In this document: positions 1-10,000 of the stretch, one piece after another
How the letters are laid out: every line of letters starts with the position of its first letter
Position numbering within the stretch: position 1 is the first letter of the stretch
DNA from: Callorhinchus milii
Lineage: Eukaryota
Direction: 5' to 3'
DNA: 60,000 nucleotides
NCBI RefSeq assembly: GCF_018977255.1
Contig: NW_024704742.1
Span: 118,112,001-118,172,000, forward strand
The notes under the pieces: generated by a model
Database searches by the model: none
What the model saw: the letters and a program-made list of their open reading frames with translations, nothing else
What the model was told of the DNA's origin: nothing
Made by a program: the position numbers and the translations under genes

Positions 1-59
1 TGGGCGAAACATGGCAGCCAATTGCCCCCTATTCTGTGACTCCTTGCCTTAGTCACTTA

Positions 60-185
60 CTGCCACATGAAAACTTGTCAAAAGCTTTCTGAAAATCCAA
101 GATCTATAATACCAAAGCCATACCCTTGTCCACTTTATCAGTAATATCTTCAAAAGAAGGTTGGTTAAACATGACCTTCCTTTCT
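60..185 (-). mobile_element. degenerate CR1 LINE reverse-transcriptase fragment
   Basis: Reverse complement reads GRSCLTNLL..FEDITDKVDKG...LDFQKAFDK, with frameshifts. Confidence 0.75.
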
Positions 186-830
186 GAATCCAAGCTGACT
201 GTCCTTCAACAAGTTAGGATTGTTCAAGCGTTTGCCCCATTCGATTTACCAGAATTGTGTCAAAGATTTTCCCAACATGCATGGTCACAGAATATGTACA
301 ATATTTCAGAATAAAGCAAAAGACAGTTTGGAAATAAAAAAAAGGTAGTTGTTGGAAGTCAAGATATTAATCTCGGGGTTCATGAAATTCAGCTTTAGAA
401 TCTGCTAGAGTAGACATTGGCTTGGCTGATTGGGAAAAACATCAAGCATAAACCCAGTTGCATAGGAAGTCTCTTAGTACCAGAAATCCAAATAAATTAT
501 TTTAGTTCTTCAGATACAGACGCCAGCTCCATAACCCCAAATCGCAATGAGCAAGCTTTAAAAATTAGAGAATTTGTAGAAGAACTTTTTTTTAAAAAAA
601 TGAAGCACAAGGGCCATGATTCAATCCGAAACCCTCAAAATACCTTCCTTGCCACAGCAATTTTATTTTGTCCACAATGGAGGTGAAAAATGATGTTAAA
701 ATATGCCAAATAATCATTTTCACAATATATAAAGAAAAAAAAATCACTATTGATATCTAGCAGCATTTGTTTTCACCTGCTCATCTTGCCTACTTTAGTA
801 ATAAAAGGAATGCATTACGTAGATTCCTAC

Positions 831-984
831 CTGTCGTTTTACTACGTTTTCTGGCTCAGAGTCACTCTCAGATGCAGATTCTGAACTTTCTTCTGAACTT
901 TCCTCTGATTCAGAAGAAGTTGCAGCTTTTGTCTTTTTGGATTTAGTTTCAGGTTGTATCCCATTTTGTGAGTCATTGTTTTCA
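831..984 (-). CDS. AP3B1: AP3B1 exon (approx. 20), 154 nt, hinge (S)ENNDSQNGIQPETKSKKTKAATSSESEESSEESSESASESDSEPENVVKRQ
   Basis: cag| after a pyrimidine tract, |gtagga; phase 2 to 0. Confidence 0.9.
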
Positions 985-1329
985 CTGGAGAAAGGGGGAG
1001 ATGGGATATTAATTTTTATTTTTTCCATATTTATCACTTGCCACCAGAGGTCACTGCTTGGATAACTGATCTCCAGCTTCTTCCATAACTCGAAATGCAG
1101 AGCCCTCCTTCCGTACAGCCACAATGAGGAAGCTAAACAAGATTGATGATGAGATGTGACAAATGTAACCCTCAAGGAACAGTTATTCAATTATAAATAA
1201 AAAAATTGATATGTAGTATTCAAAAAAAACAGCTTTCATTCATATTTCATCTTTCATGTTGGAAAACATCTCAAAAGAGAGCCAAAGCAAGGTAGAAGCT
1301 TTTGTTTTTGGGTGAGGGGGGGGGGAGAA

Positions 1330-1620
1330 GAGGAAGAAAAGAGAAGCAGTAAAAGGAAGGTGACTGAGGTGCAGTCAAAAAGGTAGGTTAGAAGAGTTCT
1401 GAAAGCAGAGAGAGAGAGAGAGATGCAAGGCAGAGGGATTTAGACAGCGGCTGAAAGCTCACTTCCAAATGGTGGTGTGGAGGGGGCAGCGGGCATGAAG
1501 CAGGACCGAGTTAGCAGAGTGAGTAGCAGCATAGGAGATTACAAAGGTAGGGTGTGGCAAAGACATATGCAGGCATTTTAAAGTTAGAACAAGGTTCCTG
1601 AAATCAATATGCTAGGAAAT
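1330..1620 (-). mobile_element. old L2-like 3' fragment
   Basis: Purine-rich on + strand; resembles the other minus-strand L2 3' copies (e.g. 31160-31510). Confidence 0.5.
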
Positions 1621-3074
1621 AGGTACCTGTTGATTATGTAGGCGAAATATGTGTGGAGTCTGGTGCAAGAAATGTATGGATTTTGGAGTTCTAGTGAGCA
1701 GGGGCAGAATGGTTATCAATAGAACTGGGGAGCAGTGTCTATTTATCAGTATCAAACGATCCACTTTAAAAGCTTTCCTGGACTCACCTATAAAACAAGC
1801 GTTTCTGGACAATGGCAGAAATATATGTCTGTGTGTGTGTTTAAATTCTGGAGTAATTTGTGTAGCCAATTGCTACCTTTTCTTGGTTCTTTTGATAGCT
1901 AACGGATGTTTACCCTGCTACAGAGAATTTCGAATGCTAATCTAATGAACCAAATTTACTGGTAACTGGCTTTTCAACTTTTGCAGCAATGAAAGCCAGT
2001 ATTAATTTAAGCTACAGATTTCATTTGTTCCGAACAGGAAAAACAATATAAATCACTTTTAAAATCATTAAATCCTGACTTAAATTAATAAAGTTATAAT
2101 TAGGGCATTATGGTGTATTTGTTATGAAGTGGCAGGGCAAACTGCCTTAATTACTGTCTATAATAAAAGGATCAGAGTGCGTGCTACACCCCAATCAGTG
2201 CTGTCAGCTACCAGAGAGTCAATCTGCACACTCATCAGCAGCACAAGCAGCAGCCTATGCATGAAAGGGCAGCGATCTCACCAAGCACTGACAGGAAAGA
2301 GTGCAACCTGTCAAATAAGATTCACAGTTCTTAAATAAGTAATATGTACTTTTTTTTTTTAAAATCAGGTGAAACGATAACATGATAAACCCTATCAGTA
2401 AAAATCAGGAAAGCAAACCTGCGCTAACTAAATTAGCATTAAATCAACAACATCAATTTCAGTTTAATAGCAGACCAATAGTTAAGGTGCTGCCTCCCAA
2501 GTCCCAGTTTCAGGCAGCAACCAGTGGTGTCATGTTTACTGCAGAGCCTCTAATGTGGGGTTCTCTCAGCCCCAGTTCACACCATACAACACAAAAAACA
2601 CAGGAGGTGAAAATTCCATTCACGTTAACAGTTTAATGCAGGTTTTGTAAAGAATGTGTCTATTTGACAAATGAGGACCTGGATTAAGCAGCTGGTGCTG
2701 AATAAATTGGTACATGGTATTGGAGTTGAACCACTAGAAAAATCGAGGTGGTTGGCCATCACAGCCTCCCATCCATGCTGAAGGCAAATATCTGTCAGAA
2801 AACTGATGAGGAAACCCTGCGGCTTGGGACAACACCTCCTGGAAGGAATTACCTGCAAATCATGGACACATGGGGGCAGGGATTCAGCTCCTGCAATTTG
2901 GGTATTCCTCTAAACAAAGCTCTTAAACTAATATTAAGATTACCTTCAATGTATCCACATTACTGTTTCAATTTTATGACACTTGGAATAATTTTCAAAA
3001 AGTCTACTTCACTGAATTAGCAAACCTGTCAATCCATGGTTCTCACATTAAGTGCTGTTGGAGGTGTATTTTAC

Positions 3075-3225
3075 CTTTCTTGAGTCTTTGTTTTTCTCTT
3101 CTCTGTTTTCTCCTTTTCAGACTCAGAATCACTGTCACCATCACTGGATTCTTCACTTGAACTGCTTTCACTGCTGTCCTCATTCTTGCTGTCGCTCCCT
3201 TCATTCTCACTACTGTATTCGCTGG
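3075..3225 (-). CDS. AP3B1: AP3B1 exon (approx. 19), 151 nt, acidic Ser-rich hinge (T)SEYSSENEGSDSKNEDSSESSSSEESSDGDSDSESEKEKTEKRKTKTQE
   Basis: cag| (3226-3228) and |gtaaaa; phase 1 to 2. Confidence 0.9.
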
Positions 3226-3380
3226 CTGATATAGAAAGTTGAGGGGAGTTAAGAATATTTTGTTTCTCAATGATCACAATCATCAGTTTTCCACTGGAAC
3301 TTAAACCATTTTAACCATTCTTCATGTACAACTTGTTGTGATACATCAAATATATCTTTTAAAAACACATTGTATTGCAT

Positions 3381-3495
3381 ACACTGTCACTGTATCTCTG
3401 TATCACACACTGTCACTGTATCTCAGTATCACACACTGACTATTTCTCTCACACATTCACTGTATCTGTCTATCACACACTGTCACTGTATCTCC
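3381..3495. repeat. minisatellite, about 26-bp unit ACACTGTCACTGTATCTCTGTATCAC
   Basis: Two near-perfect copies plus 2-3 degenerate copies, directly upstream of a SINE. Confidence 0.85.
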
Positions 3496-3498
3496 ATT

Positions 3499-3823
3499 GT
3501 GGAGTCCTGTAGCTCAGTGGTTAGAGCACTCGCTTTGCAAGTGAGAGACCTGAGTTCAATTCCAGGCAGAGGGCGAAACCTTGGGCAAGTTTCCTTACTC
3601 CACACAGAGCCTAATAATAATCCCTCCAAAACCAAACAATAATAAATGGTCATTTTCAATCTACGACTGTTTGTGGGACATTGCTGTGCGCAATTGGCTG
3701 CCGCGTTCGCCCACAAATATACAGTCAATTCACTTTACAGTATATTCTGTGAAGCGCTTTGGGACGTCCTCCCGACGTGAAAAGCGCTATATCAAATGCA
3801 AGGATTATTATTATTATTATTAT
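3499..3823 (+). mobile_element. full-length tRNA-derived SINE (young family, short subtype)
   Basis: Pol III A box TAGCTCAGTGG, B box GAGTTCAATTCC, L2-like 3' stem-loop, (ATT)n tail; multiple homologues in window. Confidence 0.92.
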
Positions 3824-4752
3824 ATCACATTAAATATGTATGCTATTCCCCATTGAATTTCATACACAGCAAAACATTTATGCGCCAAGTATGAAAGCTG
3901 AAGGATCAGTAAAAGTAAAATTAATAAAAGGAGGCAATACATTAATCTTACAATGGAATTAGTTAATACATTTATGGAATTTCATTTTTAAATACACGTT
4001 CCAGAAACATGCATTTAAACATTATCTGTAACTGAAATTACAACTAATCTCCAAATTAATAATATTGAGAATGTTAATAATTAACAATAATGCTGATATA
4101 ACTAGTTTTGACCCATTATAGTGGCCTTTTCTAGACCTAAAAATTCAATTCTGGCAGGAGGAAACCTAGATTAGAGATTATAATCAATTCATGACACCGC
4201 CAGTTGCTATTAGGCAAAGTCAACACAGTATTGTTCAGACGAGGCAGTTCCCAGGTTCAAGTGCACCATAACCCATAAATAATTATTATTTAGGTTCACG
4301 CATGCAAGAATTGTCAGTTGAGCACTGTTACTCAGGCATGAACCAGCACGCAGGAGAGATGGGGTGGGCAAAAAAAAGTAGTGAAGGAGTTTGAATGCTG
4401 CTTTTTAGGCCTGGAACATGATGGATATATTTTAAACAAAGTGTTTGTGTGGCGCTTTAAGTTTTATTTTTATGGATCGACTGTTTTAGCACAGAGATTG
4501 TTTTTTTGTCCTACCCTTCAAATGCTGATCAACAGACATGGTAAGGGAGTTGCCATGGAAATGGATGAGCACTTACTGACTGAGAGACCGAGCACACAGC
4601 AGTTTTGATTCTCTAACGGCTGGGGGCTGGCGTGAAAGTAGTTCTAATGGGATTACCTCGTGTGGGGAGAATAAATTCCCCACGTGTGTGAGATAACGTG
4701 TTACATGCTGTTTCAAGCTAACTGTATGTCACAACAGTTCATCAAAACTCAC

Positions 4753-4846
4753 TACTGCTGGATTCCTGCTCCTCAGAATCAGAATAAAACTGATCCTCTG
4801 CTTTTTCTTTCTTCACTTTACCCACAGATGAGATCAGTTCTTTCAC
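4753..4846 (-). CDS. AP3B1: AP3B1 exon (approx. 18), 94 nt, VKELISSVGKVKKEKAEDQFYSDSEEQESSS
   Basis: cag| and |gtgagt; FYSDSEE hinge start; not in the ORF track, but phases fit both neighbours. Confidence 0.9.
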
Positions 4847-5849
4847 CTGTGGACACACACAGAAAATCAGTGATTTTGCCACAATATTAGCGGCTGAAAA
4901 GAAATGGATCTGAAAATGCACAAACTTTTTTATATAACTTCTGTATTTATGTCACATTTTGGAAGCGTTCCCACTGGTAAGGTTACAAATATGCCTTCCT
5001 AAAAATAAACCATTTAAAAAAGAAAGTACAAGTATGCAACAGTTTCAGTTACACTGACTGTTATAGATCAGAACTATAGGCCAACAAGTCTGTATACTCC
5101 ACATGAGCCTCCACCCCCCCTCCGATCCCTTTTTCCATACCCCACTACTTCCTATGGTTATCTTTTTATTACAAAGTACCAACTTCCCACCATTTCAATG
5201 CCTTTGCTGTAGTTTCAACGAATTTTACCAGGCAGAAAAAGATCATGAACAGTTCAATCACTCCAATCACCACCAATATACAGATCAAGAGTGGTTTTAG
5301 AGCTGTGTTCTCTTTTAAGATGACAAAGAGCAACACCCAGAAATTCTTATTTAAAATAGGAAACAATATTAAATGCAATCTACATAATGTAGAGAACTAT
5401 GCCACTGGTTTCAAGGCAGCAAAGAATGAGTTTTTAAAATAGAAAAACTTGATTTAGTCAATTGGCTTTGGAAGGTAAATAAATAAAACACTGAAAATCT
5501 GGTTGACCAAACACATTTAAAACAATACCTATTACTTTAAAGGGTAGCATGTCGTCAATCTACAAGTTAGTCATCATCAGTGTGCGGATGCATCAAGGCA
5601 ATGGTACTGAAGCATGGGCTGAACAAAAGTATAGTTACCCTTTAGAATCTATTAAATCGTGTATGTGCACAATAGTTTGAGAGGGTTAAATAGCATTTTA
5701 AAAGGAGCATTTTTCTTGGCTGCTTTTATAAAGGGCAATTTTATGTGGTTGTCTGGGTCTAATATCTCTGAGGCTCAAAACTCACACGGACTATCCAAGC
5801 TTTTTTTAATATAGTGTTGAGTGTGTTCTCAATTGTTCTCTGATTGTTA

Positions 5850-6140
5850 CAGATGCCATTTTTGGATGAAACATTAAACTGGGGTTCCATCTGCCTATTT
5901 AAGATCCTATGGCACCATTTTTAAAAGCAGTGAGTTCTCCAGGTTTCTTGGGCCCAAATATTCTGCTCTCATCTAAATTCACCACAATCAGAATGTACAA
6001 ACTCATTGTTATTTGTGTGATTTTGCAGGCATAGATTTTCTGTCATACTTTCCTGCATAGCAAGTTACTTCAAAGTAACTCATTGTGTGAAGTGCTCAGA
6101 ATGTTTTAACATGCTAAATCACTATATTAAATACAAGCAC
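5850..6140 (+). mobile_element. degenerate Deu-domain SINE remnant (SacSINE1/AmnSINE1-like)
   Basis: GATGCC..TTTGGATGAAACATTAAAC..AAGATCCTATGGCACCATT resembles the Deu core; homologous to 58580-58985. Confidence 0.65.
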
Positions 6141-6687
6141 TGTATTACTTTGGTTTGCCGATTGAAATCTGAGCGGATGGGGATAATGTTTACAAATGCA
6201 AAGCTAAAAACAGAAATTCTTTCACATGCGGAAACCATCTCAATATCATCTATAAAGAATAATATTGAATCAAAAAATCATTATAATGAAACAATTTGAA
6301 ATGTTGAAGATTTAGGGGTTATTAAATCCAATAGTTACGCAAATATTAACTAATGAATGTGACAATCGGGGAAATAAAAATATGAAATATTTGATTATGA
6401 ATGTATAAAAAATGTATTTACAAATTGAAATTATTTAAAAATGCTAATTCTATATTAAGTAATGCAAATTATCCCTCCCCAAGTTCACAATAACAGTAAC
6501 ATATTGCACCACAGTAATATTCTGAACCAATTTCTCATTTCCACCAGATTTTTTCAACACTCATTCTCATTGTAAAATGAGCACAATTTTCTGCCCCAAT
6601 TCTTTTCCCTCCCAAAATTTGCAAAATATTGAGCTGAAATGTCACTCAGCGTGCACCAGCAAATAACACAAGAGTAAAATCCCATAC

Positions 6688-6815
6688 TGGCTGAACTTCC
6701 ACATTTCGGACCGATGGATCAGGAATTGTCTGTGGCCAGTCTGGAAGTTCCAGGTATCCGTTTGCTCTTGTGTTAAGTGTGTGTGATAGCGTGCTAAGCT
6801 GGAAACGATCCCTAT
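6688..6815 (-). CDS. AP3B1: AP3B1 exon (approx. 17), 128 nt, (D)[42 protein letters not shown]
   Basis: cag| and |gtatgg; phase 1 to 0. Confidence 0.93.
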
Positions 6816-7489
6816 CTGTTGAATAAAGAAAAAACAACAATAAATTACATTGGCTTTATGTCACACGGTGCAATCTTAATCAGGGCCTGTAGTAATTGGC
6901 AGTGTATTATCTCAAATGTCATGGTATAAATAAAAACTAAGATGATTCTTCACAGGTCAGAAAACTGAATTCAGCACATAGATTACAATAATCTTACCCA
7001 TAATGGTCAATAAAAAAACTAATCATTCAGTGTGTTTAGAGGTGTTGCTTTGAAATGCAGCTTCTCTAAAACTTTGCTGTGAATATTAAGAATGACAGCA
7101 CAGTTAAACAATCCGCATACATGTCGTGCTACAAAACTCATTCTGAATTTTAATACTTTGTTTTTCTGTCAACCTGAACGAATTGTTTTCGCCTACAGTG
7201 AAAAATTAAACAATGCACCACAACAGAAATAGAACCACAATAGAAACAGAACTTTTTAATGCTACTGCAATAGCAAGTGGTAATGAAACAAACTAGATAT
7301 TCTGTTTTTAAATAAAGTGGTAATCTCAAACCAAAGAATTTATGAAAAATTTCATAAGCAAAACAAATCTACTCAAAGTATTATTCAGAGGTAAAGATCA
7401 GCCAATTCAGAGATGTGTGTTGTATATCTTGCCTCCCCCTCTTCATAGCCACAAACTCACAGAATGTGATGACGATGTTTCACTCACAA

Positions 7490-7592
7490 AACGCACAGTC
7501 ACTACACTTTACAATATATTCTGTGAAGCGCTTTGACACATCTCAAAGATGTGATAATGTGCCATATCAAATGCAAGGATTATTATTATTAC
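7490..7592 (+). mobile_element. 3' fragment of young tRNA SINE
   Basis: CTGTGAAGCGCTTTG...ATATCAAATGCAAGGATTATT tail. Confidence 0.85.
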
Positions 7593-9299
7593 AATGACAA
7601 AAATTAAACAGGAAAAATATTTTCAAATCTGTTTTTCAAAGTCCTTAAAACAAGTCGGCCATCATTTCAAATCTATTCATAAAATTAAGTTTGTCCTACA
7701 AACTAAATTATTTTAAAAATTCAAAATCTATTTTGGATGAGGACTTACATTGACAAATCAAAACAAAATATGTAGAAGCAAACATTTATATTACCAACCT
7801 TGAAAATACAACAGCAAAGTTCCAAAACCCACAAAATAATACAAGTTTAGTCCCCAAAGGTAATAACTGAATTAAAGATAGTAGTCAATAGTAAGGCAAC
7901 TACATCAATACTGAACACTGAATATACTGTATATTCAATTGAAACAGTAAATCTCAGGTGTTTCTTCACATGATCAGGTATTTTTTCTGAGAAATCCTTA
8001 GATCAGGGGTTTTGCTCCCAAAAGCTCCCAACAACGAGGAAGTGGATGCTCTCCAGTGACAGCAGCCAGTGGATCCTTCCATTGAGCAAACCTCCTGGCT
8101 GCCATCAGTGTCAATGGAGTGTACGTAAAGATCAATCCCAAACACTTCTTTTTTAATCCCATCTATGGCTCAGGGTTCTTTTTTCTTTATTGAGTGCCAA
8201 ACAAGCTACAGCCAGAGGCAATAACAAACATCTCCAGTTCTCACTGAAAGGTGAAAAAGGCCTGAAGTATTTGGTCTGGGAGTCAAGGTGTAAGACCAGC
8301 ATCATTCCACCCTCATCAATTTTAAACATCTTTTGACAAAACTTGTTTTAACAGACCATGAAACTGATGCTGGCCAACAGTTATGATCAACAGAGATTCC
8401 TGGCACCACTGGGCTATCTCCTCTTCATCAAGATGCAAATTGTTCTGGGCTTTCTGAATCAAATCTACAGTTAAGATTGTCTCTGAAAATAAAGAAGGTA
8501 GAGCCCCCTGATGGTTTAATGAGTAAACGCACTGCAAGAATTGATAAAGAGTCATACAGATGTGATGGGTCCCAGGTTTAATCTCTACTTTGAGCAAGTC
8601 AATCTCAGCGCAAACTGTGGTAGAAGCCTTTAGATGCCACCCTCAACATCCCTGAGATAGGCAACTTGCTCTTTTCGTCATTGCTTAATGACTCTCATCG
8701 GAAAAGCTACATGTAGCGATTGGATTGAGGACACTATTGTGACACTGTCGATGTCGTAGCCTTTCTCCCTCACAAAAAAAACATGCGTACATGCATTGTT
8801 CTGGAGGGTTGCAAGTACTCAGAAAAGTTCCCTCAAAAAAACATTTAGCACCTTCAGTTGAGAAAGCAAACTAAGAGCACTTGCAATACTTGCTACATTT
8901 CTCCATCAGTCTTTCTATAGCTCCATATAATTATTTTTATGGCTTATTCAAAATCTGAAAGAGTTTTGCAGCACTAGGAAATGAATTAAAATCTGAAAAT
9001 TTAAAATGATATCACAATCCCTCATTATCTGCATATAACGTGTCCTGTATTCAGTTTGCAACGAATAAGCCAGTTTCAGAATTGTGATTATACTTTACAT
9101 GCCTACGTTTTAAACATTCAATTCTGGCTACTGGAGATTTAGTAATCTTCAGTTTAAAAACTAATAAGGTAGTCACTCAACATTATTTTCCATTAAGATG
9201 CCAGGTTAAAATATTTCCGTACAACTGACCTTTCTGGTCGCATTATCAATAATACAAGTACTTCATTACAAATGTTATTGTACCCCTTTGGCCTGTCAA

Positions 9300-9450
9300 G
9301 AGGCTGTATTGGGCTCGGCTGTGAAATCCCCCACGGTTAAATATCCAGCTGACACTCACTGACTCGGCTCACACATAAAGTATGGCCACTTGGATAAGAT
9401 AGCATTTGGCAACCAGCTACCATGAACTGTATCCCAACTCAAGCCACGTA
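9300..9450 (+). mobile_element. fragment of ancient SINE-like repeat
   Basis: GGCTCGGCTGTGA..GACACTCACT..GGCTCACACATAAAGTATGGCCACTTGG; diverged homologues at 9670-9995 (-), 55270-55430, 57620-57725, 17780-17940 and 8505-8860. Confidence 0.6.
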
Positions 9451-9669
9451 CTTCAGATGCCCAGATGATGAGGGAATATATGGGAGTGAATTTCAGGCTG
9501 TAAATCAGTCCTACGTTATTTCTTTCTTCCCCTTTTTGTATTGTAATCCAGCCAGATGATTGCAAAGTGCTCAAGCTTTGCATTTTCAGTTTACATCTGA
9601 AATTTAGATTGTTACAGAACTGGATTGGTTTTAAAATTGCTCTCCCCATTTGGACCTTCCACAGCTGCT

Positions 9670-9995
9670 GGTCCTCACCCTCCTCACTCCTGAAGTACAG
9701 TTCCACCTAAGCTGGTTGCCCTCATGCACACAGCCCAAGTAGCTATTGATTGTGTGTGAGTCCTGACAGTGAGTGTGAGCAGACTACTTGACTGTAGACG
9801 GAGTCACAGCCAAATCTGACTTCTCATCTGGCTGTCACCAGTATAGGATGCTGCAGAGGAACCATAAGCAGGAAATCTGGCTAGTTTTCTCCTCTTTAAC
9901 CCTGGATAGGCTGTGCCACGTAAGACGCCCCAAAGTCTCAGATACAACCAGCTTGGACCAGGATTTGAGCCACTTACCTCCCAGTCTAGAGGTAA
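9670..9995 (-). mobile_element. ancient SINE-like repeat, interrupted by the L2 insertion
   Basis: Reverse complement aligns by eye with 9300-9450; the head appears to continue at about 13632-13662. Confidence 0.6.
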
Positions 9996-10000
9996 GTCAG

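Noticed and set aside
985..1190. N-terminal extension of ORF 795..1190 as coding
   Set aside because: It lies upstream of a good pyrimidine-tract/CAG acceptor at 985 and is not hinge-like; intronic read-through.
3501..3575. tRNA gene
   Set aside because: The A/B boxes belong to a SINE head: it continues into a SINE body and tail and recurs in diverged copies.
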